Positions 41,201-51,260 of a stretch of 64,000 nt of DNA are shown one piece after another. Every line of letters starts with the position of its first letter. The first letter of the stretch is position 1. The stretch is from an uncultured Verrucomicrobiae bacterium (GTDB lineage: Bacteria; Verrucomicrobiota; Verrucomicrobiia; Chthoniobacterales; UBA10450). Where the stretch lies: NCBI GenBank assembly GCA_963815455.1, contig CAWFGO010000003.1:672001-736000 (forward strand), written 5' to 3'. The translations under genes and the position numbers were made by a program. Below the pieces are notes generated by a model, which was not told the DNA's origin, searched no databases, and saw only the letters and a list, made by a program, of their open reading frames with translations.

Positions 41201-41592
41201 GTGTTGCCCTGCGAGCTGGTGCTCGTCGTAAGCGCGAGCCCGGGAATCTGGGTAAACTGCTTCTCCAGCGGGGTGGCGATCGTGTTCGCCATCGTTTCCG
41301 GGTTCGCCCCCGGATATGAGGCCTTTACCTGGATGACGGGGTAATCGACCGCCGGCAGATCGTTCACCGCCAGTTGATTGTAGGTCAGAACGCCGAAGAC
41401 GATGATCGATGCAGTCAGCAACATGGTCATGACCGGCCGCTGAATGAAAGGCCGCGAAAGACCGGAGGAGAATTGCACTAACTTCTTGGCCGGCGCGTGC
41501 TCACCTCCCAGCCGGCCGCGCTCAGCCGGCTTGTCTTCGCTCGCGCCGTTCGGCTGTTCGTCGTCTTGACCGTTGCCCTGGGAGTTCGCCAT
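38290..41592 (-). CDS. RND efflux permease (MdtB/C-like)
   Basis: LPAVDYPVIQV, GFLVDDAIV, GIVKKNGIMIVDF, RFRPIIMTT. Confidence 0.96.
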   Translation of the reverse strand: MANSQGNGQDDEQPNGASEDKPAERGRLGGEHAPAKKLVQFSSGLSRPFIQRPVMTMLLTASIIVFGVLTYNQLAVNDLPAVDYPVIQVKASYPGANPETMANTIATPLEKQFTQIPGLALTTSTSSQGNTSITLQFDLSKGIDAAATDVQSAIQRASGQLPSDLPSPPTFTKSNPNDQPVMYVALTSYTLSDGELYRYGTTEVSQRINILPGVSQVNIYGVQSAIRVKVDPGALASRGLTFADISAAIRAGTAYSGAGQFDGVNKSITLRPNGQLATAEGYRNLIIKQNANASPVYLRDVARVVDGVENERLSRHFFVRNFNPPASVIVFAVSRQAGANAVAVARSVRALLPGLQRELPGSIRLIPVFDRSQSIVNSLHDVQFTLAIAFVLVIFVIFVFLGRASDTLIPMVALPMSFLITFVAMWWFGFSINNLTLMALTLAIGFLVDDAIVFLENVVRRAEAGESIYKATLNSAGEISFTILSMTLSLAAVFIPLAFMPGLLGRIFREFAITIIVAILASGLVSLTLTPLMCSRILAERGPSHVKTWTERLFSRFFQPTLAFYGRSLDWFLDRGWLALPIILACALGVGFFFKQLPFTLLPTGDSGTIRGFFIVQEGASPDQQRRLQEKLDPVLQANPAVDKYFTVAGRSGLGAGVFTVLFLKDASQRPDIDTVAAQLRKACSEIPGIFPTLNPQPVLQINIGATGSSFGRYSYVLSGINPDEVYAAADKLGAKLGDYDGFASPPRSDLFRNTPNLDINIERGRAGLYGVSVASLENLLRAAYSQNYVYLIKQADDQYQVIVEADDKARVGPEDFRQIYVKPDNGTKLIPIRALTTSKETLGLQSVNHTNQFTSVTFGFDTKPGVALGDVTDYIKKTAAEVLPPTVKGELQGEGLVLQQLFQALPFLIIAAVFVMYVILGILYESYVHPITVLSTLFPAVVGGLMTLWLFGSTLSLYSVIGLFLLMGIVKKNGIMIVDFALHRLDEGYDRRAAIHEASVERFRPIIMTTLAALMGALPIALGFGADGSSRRPLGLVIVGGLIVSQLITLYITPVIYLALEWFQEQVLDRVPFLRSAHTHHEAALAPAGDGKVHEPASV

Positions 41593-41595
41593 AAA

Positions 41596-42780
41596 CTAAA
41601 ACTCCGTTTGGGCGTCGCCTTCGCCGATCCCGTTCCGCAACGGTTTTTCTGTTTCTTTGGCGATCACTTTAGTTCCCGGCGCCAGTTGTAGCTGTCCTTG
41701 GACCACAACCGTTTCACCGGGTTGCACGCCTTTCTGGACCACTGTGAGGTTATCCTGCTTTTGTCCGGGCGTTACCTGTCGCAGATCGAGAGTGGAATCT
41801 TTTTTTACTACGAAAATGTAGGGACCGTTCTGGCCGATCTGCACGGCCCCGTTTGGAACCAGCTTTGCCTCCTTGATGATGTCGAGAATCAACCGGACGT
41901 GGACGAACTGCGAGGGCCAAAGCGCATGATCCGAATTCGGCGTCACGGCGCGCGCCTGCACCGTTCCCGTTCCGGGCTGCAAGGTGTTGGCAATAAAATA
42001 GAGGTCGCCTGCCCGGGCCGGGATGCCGTCGTTCTCGGCATCGGTCAGCACTTTGAGATTCGGATTTCCAAGATATTTCCGAACGAGTGGTAAATCGGGT
42101 TCGGCAACGGTGAAGTCGGTATAGATTGGGTCGAAGTTGTCGATCTGCACCAGCACCGCGCCGCTGCTGCCCGCGGTTACGGTGTTGCCGACGTCGACCT
42201 GGCGTAAACCGACGCGCCCGTCGATCGGCGATCGAATGGAGCAATAGTCGAGATTCACCTGCGCCGCCTCAACCGCTGCCTCGGTCCGCATGGCATTCGC
42301 TTTCGCCGTATCGAGATCCTGCGGCGCCGTGACCTTCTTGGCTTGCAATTCCAACTGTCGCTTCAGATTCGCTTCGGCAAGCACGTTGTCGGCTTTCGCC
42401 GCGTCCAAGGCGGCTTGATATGGCCGCCGATCAATCGTGAAAAGGAGATCGCCTTTCTTCACGTAGGCGCCGTCCTTGAAATCGCGCGAGACGATCTGGC
42501 CACCGACCTGGGACTGGATCTGGACGGTCTCGTTGGCCGCGCAGGTGCCGATCTCATCAAGATAAAGCGGGACATCTTTGGTGATCACTTTGGCAACGGA
42601 GACTGGGCGCGGCGGCGGCCCCGTCTGCTTCTCCGCGGTGCTGCAAGTGCGCACGAGGAAAAGGACTGCGATGAGCCCGATCGCGCCGATACCCAGGTAA
42701 GTCCACTTCCGGCCAAACCGGCGTTCGAGATTCCCGACCGCCTCGCGTCCAGCGATATTCATCTTCTTGGCGGAAATCAT
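41596..42780 (-). CDS. RND periplasmic adaptor (MdtA-like)
   Basis: N-terminal TM; VKKGDLLFTID, IRSPIDGRVG, LWPSQFV. Confidence 0.94.
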   Translation of the reverse strand: MISAKKMNIAGREAVGNLERRFGRKWTYLGIGAIGLIAVLFLVRTCSTAEKQTGPPPRPVSVAKVITKDVPLYLDEIGTCAANETVQIQSQVGGQIVSRDFKDGAYVKKGDLLFTIDRRPYQAALDAAKADNVLAEANLKRQLELQAKKVTAPQDLDTAKANAMRTEAAVEAAQVNLDYCSIRSPIDGRVGLRQVDVGNTVTAGSSGAVLVQIDNFDPIYTDFTVAEPDLPLVRKYLGNPNLKVLTDAENDGIPARAGDLYFIANTLQPGTGTVQARAVTPNSDHALWPSQFVHVRLILDIIKEAKLVPNGAVQIGQNGPYIFVVKKDSTLDLRQVTPGQKQDNLTVVQKGVQPGETVVVQGQLQLAPGTKVIAKETEKPLRNGIGEGDAQTEF

Positions 42781-43265
42781 TGTTTTCGCCTCTTCGTCGG
42801 TTGGTGCCCGTTCCCGGAATGCGCCGCAGCGTTGGCGGCCTTTTGCTGGATCTCAGCCAGAACGCGCATGCAGGTTTGCAATTCGAGAACAGGAATGTCG
42901 GACAGCAACTCATGTCGAAGGTCCGCCGCCGTGGAATTGATCTGCGCAATCACGCGTTGGGCCCGGCGACCGAGATGCACCGTCTTGCATCGGCGGTCAT
43001 GAGAAGCGCTCCGGCGCTCGACCCAACCTTCGTCCTCGAGTCGATGCAGCAACGTCACCAGCGACGGCTCTTCAATTCCAAGCCGGGATGCGATCTCCGC
43101 CTGGGTGAGGACGTCAGGAGAGAGCGACAGGTGCAAGAGTGTTCGCCACTTTGCCTGGCTTAACCCCATCGGCTTGAGCCGTTCGTCCAGTTTTAGCCGC
43201 CAAGCCCGAGCCGTCCCATGCAACAACGGCCCAAACATTTCGTAGTCCGATTCCCCCATAACCAA
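42777..43265 (-). CDS. MarR/SlyA-family regulator
   Basis: GLSQAKWRTL, TQAEIA..LGIEEPSLV..L..LE..GWVER...DRR. Confidence 0.92.
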   Translation of the reverse strand: MVMGESDYEMFGPLLHGTARAWRLKLDERLKPMGLSQAKWRTLLHLSLSPDVLTQAEIASRLGIEEPSLVTLLHRLEDEGWVERRSASHDRRCKTVHLGRRAQRVIAQINSTAADLRHELLSDIPVLELQTCMRVLAEIQQKAANAAAHSGNGHQPTKRRKQ

Positions 43266-43352
43266 TCGTTCGCATGCTAACTATTGCCGATCCGCCTCCC
43301 TGTCAACCGCTCCCGGCGTCTCCGCGCCTATGTCGTAAGAGCAGCCCCGAAC

Positions 43353-44775
43353 TCACGGTGCGTCCACCGCGAACAGGAGCGATCTATGCCCCCGATAATC
43401 TTTGATCGATAAGACGCGACGGGGCGAATTTGGACCCCACTGGCGGGCCGTTTCCGCAGCAGTTTCGTTTTCCGGCTGCACTAGAAAATAGCGCGCCTCG
43501 GCGGGCACCTCTTCCACGCGGCTCACATAAACGATCTCGCGATGCACATAAAACAGGAACGGTTGATAATTAGGATCGACAGCGAAAAGCCGTTCCGAAT
43601 CGGGAACGACGGCCTCGATCTGGGCGCCGATCGTCCTCACTTTTTGTCGCGCCTGCAAACGCGGAACAATCACCACCCCATAAATACAAATGCACACGCA
43701 GGTAAGAGTCACCATCCCGATGATGAGTCGTTGACGACCGTGCAGCGAAAAAGATTTCCCGCCGAGCCATCGCGGCCACGCGGCCTTCTCATCGTTCAAG
43801 ATCAACGCCACCAACCAGGCAAAAGGAGCGATGAGTGGCATCGTGTAACGGGGCAACGATCCGGGAATAAGATCGACAATCACCAGTGGAATCGTGATGC
43901 CCCAGATCAGCGCACCCTGTAGCCGGGATCGGTGCTCCCGGCCCCCCGCGAGCGGAACAAGAACCAGCCACGGCGAGAAATAGCCAAGACTACGCGGGAT
44001 ATTCATTGCCCAACTCGCCACATTAAAGCCTTCCGGAGCGAGGCGTCCGGAAAATTGTCGCGACCAAACGAGGGCCGTGTGCCCGCCGCCAGTCATTTGG
44101 GCGAACGGAATCGCCCAGGCCGCGAAGATCGACATCATCACGATCAGCCCGATTGCATGCGGCACGTTCCAAATCGTTCGCAGTTCCCGATCCTTCCATA
44201 GAATTGCGAGCATGATCGCGTAAAAAAAGAAAAGGTGCAGCGGACCTTTGGCGAGCCAGCCGAGGCCGAGAAAAATCCAGGGAACAATCCAGGTGAGCCA
44301 CGCCGATCGTTTGGCTCTCCACCAGCTCAGCCAGCAAATGAACGCAATCGCGAAAAGCGACGCGTAAAGCGCTTCGATCTCGATCAAGCGTCCCTTCTCG
44401 ATGATCCCGAAATTCGTCAGCCAGATCAACGCGGCGATTGTCGATCCTCCGGTGCCGAGACTTGCGCGCGCGACCGTAACGAACACCAGCGCGACGGCGA
44501 GGACACATAATGCCGAAGGCAAACGAGCCGTCCATTCGTTGCGTTGGCCAAGAATCCGAAACGACGCAGCCACGAGCCAGTTGATCAGCGGAGGTTTGCG
44601 CAAGTACAGGATCGCTCCCGACTCTCGGAACTATGTAATCGCCGCTGTCGATCATTTGGATCGCGGGAAATATCCGCCGGCCTTCTTCGCCTTTAATCTC
44701 GAGCGATCCGAGGGCCGGCAAATAGATCGCCGCCCAAACCAGCAGAACAACCACCAGACTGCGCACTTGCGTCAC
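43353..44775 (-). CDS. Second ArnT-like glycosyltransferase (frameshift at ~44610)
   Basis: EIKGEEGRR..P...M..SGDYIVP in ORF 44023-44820 joins RKPPLINW, ARLPS, LAKGP in ORF 43353-44603. Confidence 0.82.
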
Positions 44776-44883
44776 GGTTTGATGTTCACTGTTACGCCTC
44801 ACTCCTTCAAACACAATCAAACCGGCACCTTGACGAGTGGCCGGTTAAAAATTAAGTTGGGGCTCTAGTCCGCGCGCTGATCA

Positions 44884-44911
44884 GGGTGGGAATTAGTGTC
44901 CCACTCTTTTT
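44884..44911 (+). promoter_or_regulatory. nusA-operon leader hairpin / terminator-like attenuator
   Basis: gggtggga-attagtg-tcccactc followed by ttttt, ~20 nt before the nusA ATG; possible -35 ttgacg at 44830. Confidence 0.6.
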
Positions 44912-44933
44912 AGTCTGCGGGCTGAATGCTTTT

Positions 44934-46229
44934 ATGAATGCGGAATTTATAGCGATGCTCGATTACCTGGAGCGGGAGCGCGGGATCAAACGCGAAATCC
45001 TGATCGAGGCGGTCTCGAATGCCTTGCTCTCGGCCTCGAAAAAGAGCGTGGGCGCATCGCGCGATTTACACATCGATATCAACCCGAAGACGGGCGAGAT
45101 TCGGGCTCTGGCAAATCTGGTCGTGGTCGATCAAGTGTCGAACCCTCAGGACGAGATCGACCTTACCAAAGCGCGCCGGGTCAAGGCGGACGCAAAAGTG
45201 GGCGACACGGTGGAAGTGGAGGTAACGCCGCGAAATTTTGGACGCATCGCCGCCCAGACCGCCAAGCAGGCAATGATGCAGCGCATTCGCCAGGTTGAGA
45301 AGGAGATGATTTACGAGGAATTCAAGGATCGCGCCGGTGAAATCGTTAGCGGCACAGTGCGACGCTTCGATCGCTCCGACGTCATTCTCGATCTTGGAAA
45401 ATTCGAAGCGGTGATGCCGCAGCGGGAACGCGTGGTAGTGGAAGATTACAACGTGGGCGACCGGCTCCGGGCTTATGTGGTCGCCGTTGAAAATGGCATA
45501 CGTGGCCCCGAGATCATCGTGTCGCGCAGCCATCCGAATTTTGTTCGCCGCCTTTTCGAACTGGAAGTAAGCGAGATTGCCGATGGCACAGTCGAAATAC
45601 GCGGGATTGCCCGCGAGGCCGGTTACCGAACCAAGATCGCGGTCTGCAGCGCGAACGAGAAAGTCGATCCGGTAGGCGCTTGCGTCGGTATGCGCGGTTC
45701 CCGGGTGAAAAACATCGTGCGCGAGCTGAATAACGAAAAGGTGGACATCATTCGCTGGAGCTCGGATCCGCGCGAATACGTTCTCGAAGCCCTCAAGCCG
45801 GCCAAGATCAAGAACCTCAATTTCGATATCGAGAAAAAGAGCGTCCAAATTTCGGTGGACGAAGATCAGCTTTCGCTCGCCATCGGAAAAAAAGGGCAGA
45901 ACGCGCGACTGACTTCACGGCTGACCGGTTGGGAAATTAACATCGACAAGGACACTTCGGCCACGACCGCGGTTGAACAGAAAGTCGCGCACGCGGCGCA
46001 AACGCTGGCCAGCGCATTGCCGATCACCGAAGGACAGGCGCTCACGCTGGTGAAATCGGGCTTCACCAACCTGGAGGGTTTGCGCGACGCTGACGTAAAA
46101 GATTTTGTAGATATCCTGGACGTGGACGAAACCAAGGCGCAGGAAATCCACGACGCCATTCACGGAGGAAAAGAAGCGCCGAAAAAGGAAGCACCGAAGG
46201 AAGAACCGCAAAAAGCTGGCTCTGCTTAA
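44934..46229 (+). CDS. nusA: Transcription termination factor NusA
   Basis: FGRIAAQTAKQ, REAGYRTKIAV, DPVGACVGMRGSRV, LAIGKKGQNARL. Confidence 0.97.
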   Translation: MNAEFIAMLDYLERERGIKREILIEAVSNALLSASKKSVGASRDLHIDINPKTGEIRALANLVVVDQVSNPQDEIDLTKARRVKADAKVGDTVEVEVTPRNFGRIAAQTAKQAMMQRIRQVEKEMIYEEFKDRAGEIVSGTVRRFDRSDVILDLGKFEAVMPQRERVVVEDYNVGDRLRAYVVAVENGIRGPEIIVSRSHPNFVRRLFELEVSEIADGTVEIRGIAREAGYRTKIAVCSANEKVDPVGACVGMRGSRVKNIVRELNNEKVDIIRWSSDPREYVLEALKPAKIKNLNFDIEKKSVQISVDEDQLSLAIGKKGQNARLTSRLTGWEINIDKDTSATTAVEQKVAHAAQTLASALPITEGQALTLVKSGFTNLEGLRDADVKDFVDILDVDETKAQEIHDAIHGGKEAPKKEAPKEEPQKAGSA

Positions 46230-46260
46230 AACGCACGAGCCATGAGAAAGATTTTTGACA

Positions 46261-48514
46261 ATGCCAAGCAAGACGACCAGCAAGACCCGGAAACCGGCTG
46301 CGCACAAGCTCGCCACCGCGAGTCCGTCCCGTGGCGGACCGGCGAAGTCGGCCGTCACGCGCAAACCGGCCGCGTCAAAAGCAAAAGCAGCGCCTAAGAA
46401 AACCGAGCCGGAAAAGAAAACGGTTCGCGCTCACGTCGCCGTGCCCGCGAAAACGGAGCGGGAGGCCGCGCCGAAGCCTCATTCGAGACCTGCGCCGGCG
46501 AAAACCGCGCCATCTGTTTCGCTGATCGACAAAGCGCCCGGTCAAAAGGACGGCAAGGATGGACCGGTGAAAACAAAGACCACGGTGCTGCCGCCGATTT
46601 CGAAAATACTCCCGACACTCGGACCTGCGACTGCCGCGAAAATCGAACCACCCGCCGCGCCCAAGCCCGAACCGGTGGAGGCAAAACCGGCTGTGGTAGC
46701 GGGCGATGGCGCCGTCGCAACCGAAGAGGAAGCTCCGCAAAATGTCATTCACATCAAGCCGCCAATCATCGTTAAAGAATTGGCGGCGCAGCTTGGCATA
46801 AAACCGCACCAACTCATTGCCGAGCTAATGGGGTTCAACATTTTCGCGAATATCAATCAAACGATCGAACCCGATATCGCTTCGAAGATCGCGGAGACTC
46901 ACGGTTTCGTTCTGGAAAAGGAGCGGCGGGAAAAAGGAGGCGGCGTTCACAAAGTCGAGCAAGCCGTGGTCGCGCCGCCGCCGCCGGTCATTAAGAAAGC
47001 TGAGGAACTCAAGCCGCGGGGTCCAATCATCACGTTCATGGGACATGTCGATCACGGCAAGACGTCGCTGATGGATGCGATTCGCAAAACGCGGGTTGCG
47101 GCGGGTGAAGCCGGCGGAATCACCCAGCACATCGGCGCCTACAGCCTCGAATACAAGGGCCACAAAATTACGTTTATCGATACGCCCGGCCACGCCGCGT
47201 TCACCGCGATGCGCGCACGAGGCGCAGATGTCACCGACATTGTGGTTCTGGTTATCGCGGCCGATGACGGGATCATGCCGCAAACCATCGAAGCAATTAA
47301 TCACGCCAAAGCCGCGCCGCATGTGAAGATCATGGTTGCGCTTAACAAAATCGATTTGCCGGGCGCGAACATCGACAAGGTAAAAAAACAACTTCAGGAG
47401 AACGGGCTCTCGCCGGAAGATTGGGGCGGCGAAACAATCGTGGCTCCAGTGTCGGCCACGCGAGGCACCGGGATCGATCACCTGCTGGAAATGATGGCGT
47501 TGCAAGCCGAAGTGATGGAACTGAAGGCGTCGCCGACGGCCACGCCGCGCGGCACCGTCATCGAAGCGCAAGTCGAGGCCGGGCGCGGCCCCACCGCCAC
47601 TGTCATCGTGCAAATGGGCACGTTACAAATCGGCGACCCGTTTATTTGCGGCGACTACAGCGGGAAAGTGAAATCGCTTCTCGACGATGAGGGAAAGCCG
47701 GTGAAGGAAGCGGGACCTTCGACGGCGGTAAAAGTGCTCGGCTTCACCGGTCTGCCCAACGCGGGCGACGAACTTTTGGTGATGGAATCCGAGCGCGCGG
47801 CCAAAACATTGAGCGACGAGCGGACTCGAGGCGAAACGCGCTAACAAGTTAAGCGCGCCGCAGCGTGCCACACTGGAGAGCCTGCTCGAAGCCGCTGACG
47901 GCAAGAAAGTTTTGCGAATTGTTTTGAAGTGCGACGCCCAGGGCTCGCTCGAAGCGCTGGTCGGCGCGCTGCGGCAGATCGAAAGCAAGAAGATCGATCT
48001 CGAAATCATTCATTCCGCAGTCGGGCCCATTTCGGAGTCGGACATTTTGCTGGCCAGCGCGTCGAACGCAGTCGTCGTCGGTTTCAATGTCAAAGTCGAG
48101 GCGATGGCGGTTTCGGCCGCGAAACGGGAAGGCGTGCAGGTCAAGCTTTACAGCATTATTTACGAATTGATCGATCAGATCAAAGAAGCGATGGCCGGCA
48201 TGCTCGATCCCGAGCATCGCGAAACTGTCATTGGTCACGCCGAGGTAAAACAAGTTTTCGAGTTGAGCAAGGGAATCGTTGCCGGTTGCCTGGTCACCGA
48301 CGGCCGGATCGCCCGCACCGCGCGCGCCCGGGTTCTGCGGAAACGCCAGCCGGTTTACGACGGCGGCCTCTCGACTCTGCGCCGTTTCCAGGACGACGTG
48401 AAAGAAGTGCGCTCCGGCCTGGAATGCGGCATCAAGCTCGGCGATTTCAGCGAATATCAGGTTGGCGACATGATCGAGTGTTACCAACTCGAGCAGATCG
48501 CGCAGAAATTGTGA
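46261..48514 (+). CDS. infB: Translation initiation factor IF-2 (frameshift at ~47825)
   Basis: [32 protein letters not shown]; second ORF has DAQGSLEA and ECGI. Confidence 0.95.
46309..46338 (+). repeat. 30-nt double-hairpin coding insertion (copy in infB)
   Basis: ctcgccaccgcgagtccgtcccgtggcgga, encoding [10 protein letters not shown]. Confidence 0.8.
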
Positions 48515-48515
48515 C

Positions 48516-48586
48516 CTGTAGCCACGGCGCTCTGGCGCCGTGAATCTGGACCGAGAGAGCGCCCCGACAGAGCGGGGCGGCTACAG
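48516..48586. repeat. REPIN: two inverted GTAG-type REPs between infB and rbfA
   Basis: ctgtagcc-acggcgctctggcgccgt ... cgccccgacagagcggggcg-gctacag. Confidence 0.8.
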
Positions 48587-48596
48587 ACAACTAGGA

Positions 48597-48946
48597 ATGA
48601 AACATCGACAATTGCGCGTAAACGAGTTGGTTAAAGCGTGAGCTGAGCAGCATCATCGCGCGTGAAATCAATTTCGAAGGCGCACTGGTCAGCATCAATG
48701 ATGTCGATGTGACGCCCGATCTGAAAAACGCCCACGTGTTCGTGAGCATTCTCGGGCCGAGCCAACGGTGCCAGCGTGATCGACAAACTGGAAGCGAATC
48801 GGCCCGCTCTCCAGGCCGAACTCTCGCGCCACGTGGTGATGAAATACACGCCGCACCTGGTCTTTCATCTCGACAATTCCATCGAGCGCGGCTCGCGCGT
48901 TCTTGAGATCTTGCAGAAAATCGAGAAACCCAGCGAAAACGAGTGA
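48597..48946 (+). CDS. rbfA: Ribosome-binding factor A (frameshifted, likely read errors)
   Basis: MKHRQLRVNEL, VDVTPDLKNAHVFVSILG, MKYTPHLVFHLDNSIERG found across frames. Confidence 0.88.
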
Positions 48947-49931
48947 GCGCCAGCAACGTTTGAGCAAATCGGCAAGGCGTTGCGCGACCATCAGCGCTTC
49001 GCGATTTTGAGCCACGTCCGGCCCGATGGCGACGCGCTTGGCAGCCAGCTCGCGCTCGCCCTTTCGCTTGAAAGAGCTCGGCAAAGATGTTCGCGTTTGG
49101 AACGAAGATGGAATGCTCGAAAAATATTCCTTTCATGCCTACGCCGAGTTGATGACCAAACCGCCCGCACGCCGCGAGGATGTCGATGTTGCCATCGCGC
49201 TCGACACCGCGATTCAAAACCGACTCGGCAACCGCGTTCCAGGCGGTTCGCTCCGCCAAAATCTGGATCAACATCGATCATCATCCAAGCAATCCGGGCT
49301 ATGGCGATCTGGTTCATATCGATCCAACCGCGCCGGCGACCGGACAAATTGTTTTCGAACTGATCAAGGATCAAAAACTGCCGATCGATCCGCGACATCG
49401 CCGAGAATCTCTACGTCGCGATTTCGACCGATACCGGCTCGTTCCAATATCCAAACACGACCGCGCGCACATTCGAGATCGCGGCCGAGCTCGTTCGTTG
49501 CGGGGTCGATGTCGGCCGGGTCAGCCAGTTGCTTTACGAGAATTATCCGCGCCGCCGGATCGAGCTGCTTCGGGAATTGCTTCGCACCATGCGATTCGAT
49601 GCTCGACGGCCGGGTGCGCCAGTTTTAGTCTGAGCCTGAAACCGGCAGCCGAACTCGGCGTTCTGCCGGAAGACAACGAAGGACTTGATCGATCATCTTC
49701 GCGCCATTCGCGGGGTGGTCGTCGCGGTTTTTTTCGAGGAGCTGGCCGACGGCAAAGTGCGCGTCAGCATGCGTTCGAAAGATGAAGCGGTCGATGTCTG
49801 CGCAATTTGCCAGAAATTTGGCGGCGGCGGTCACACACTGGCGGCCGGCGCGCGCGTGCGCGGGCCGCTGGCCGAAGTGGAAGAGCGAGTCTTGGAGGCA
49901 ATTTGTGATGTCGTTAAATCGCAACACCTGA
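48943..49931 (+). CDS. nrnA: DHH-family phosphoesterase NrnA (multiple frameshifts)
   Basis: SHVRPDGDALGS, INIDHH, STDTGSFQY, VRVSMRS, FGGGGH..AAG across frames. Confidence 0.85.
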
Positions 49932-50636
49932 CGGCGTCTTGCTGGTGGACAAAGCCGAAGGGATGACATCGCACGACGTTGTGGCCCTGGTCCGTCGCCA
50001 ACTCGGGATCAAAAAAGTCGGCCATTGCGGAACGCTCGATCCGATCGCCACCGGTTTGCTTTTGCTGACCATCGGCCGCGGCACAAAAGTCCAGGATCTG
50101 CTCATGAGCGAGGACAAGGAATACGCGGGAACATTCGTCCTGGGAGTAACGCACCAGCACGCAGGATCGAGAAGGCGAAGTAACTCAACAAGCGTCCGGT
50201 TCCCGCGCTCAATGAAAACCAAATCCGCGCCGTCGTTTGAGAAATTTCGCGGCGATTTTTATCAAATGCCGCCAATGGTCTCGGCGAAAAAACATGGAGG
50301 CGTGCCTCTTTACAAACTGGCGCGCCAGGGAAAAGTGGTCGAGCGCGAGCCGCGTCTGGTTCACGTTTATCGTTACACAATCGATCGGATCGCTCTTCCC
50401 GAAATCGATTTCAGCGTCGTTTGCAGCAAAGGCTTTTACGTCCGCACCTACGTGCACGAGATCGGCGAGACTCTCGGTTGCGGCGCGCATTTGAAATCGT
50501 TGCGCCGGAGAAAGTCCGGCCGATTCGATGTCGCGAACGCGATCAGCGTCGACAAATCAGAAACGCGCCGCGCGAAGAAATTGTGCAAGCCGGCTTCTGA
50601 AGCCTGCCGGAAGTTTCGCGGATGCGAGGAGCGTGA
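49908..50636 (+). CDS. truB: tRNA pseudouridine(55) synthase (multiple frameshifts)
   Basis: DKAEGMTSHDVV, VGHCGTLDP, QMPPMVSA, CSKGFYVRT; probable true end LSLPEVSRMRGA* at 50636. Confidence 0.9.
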
Positions 50637-50641
50637 GGAAA

Positions 50642-51254
50642 AATGACGAAGCTCGAATGACGAATGACGAAGGAATGACGAAATCGAAGGGCGTCATACG
50701 ATGATGAGTTCATTTTGGCTTGATGACGGGATGCCGCTTGTTCGTGAGGAATCTGACGCGAAACCTGTTTACGACTTGGAGGAGCGGACGGCGCGATTTG
50801 GTGAGGCGTAATCGATTTTGCAAAGACGATTCCGCAAGGACCGACCACCGGACCGAATCATCAGTCAACTGGTCGGTGCTGGAACAAGCGTGGGAGCGAA
50901 CTACGTCGAAGCCGACGATTCGGTGTCAAAGAAGGAATTTCTAAAGTGCATCGGCACGTGCAAGAAAGAGGCACGTGAGACGAAGCATTTCCTGCGCATG
51001 GCGGTTCGAGCTGTGCCAGAATTGAAATCTGAAGCACGAAAACTCTGGCTGGAGGCCAGGGAGTTGCACCTGATCTTCGCGAAGATCTGGAGGAGCGGGC
51101 AACAAGGGAAATGACGAATCTCGAATGACCAAGGAAGCCCAAATTCGAAGTCTGGTCTGGCCACGGTTAATCGGTTCCCTCTTGCTTCGGGCTTCGTCAT
51201 TATTTCGTCATTCGTCATTCGTCATTCGTCATTGGAAGGGCGTCATTCGTCATT
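50642..51254. repeat. GAATGAC heptamer arrays around the four-helix-bundle gene
   Basis: Direct arrays at 50642-50688 and 51109-51149; inverted (GTCATTC)n array at 51186-51254. Confidence 0.88.
50730..51114 (+). CDS. Four-helix-bundle protein (TIGR02436 / 23S rRNA IVS-like), frameshifted in read
   Basis: YDLEERTARFGE..IDFAK...QLVGAGTSVGANYVEA...SKKEF...KEARETKHFL...EARELHLIF across frames; start uncertain. Confidence 0.85.
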
Positions 51255-51260
51255 GTTTTG

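Noticed and set aside
50642..51254. Diversity-generating retroelement (Avd-like gene)
   Set aside because: No reverse transcriptase and no TR/VR pair with adenine-specific mismatches seen; the RHS core copies differ at all base types.
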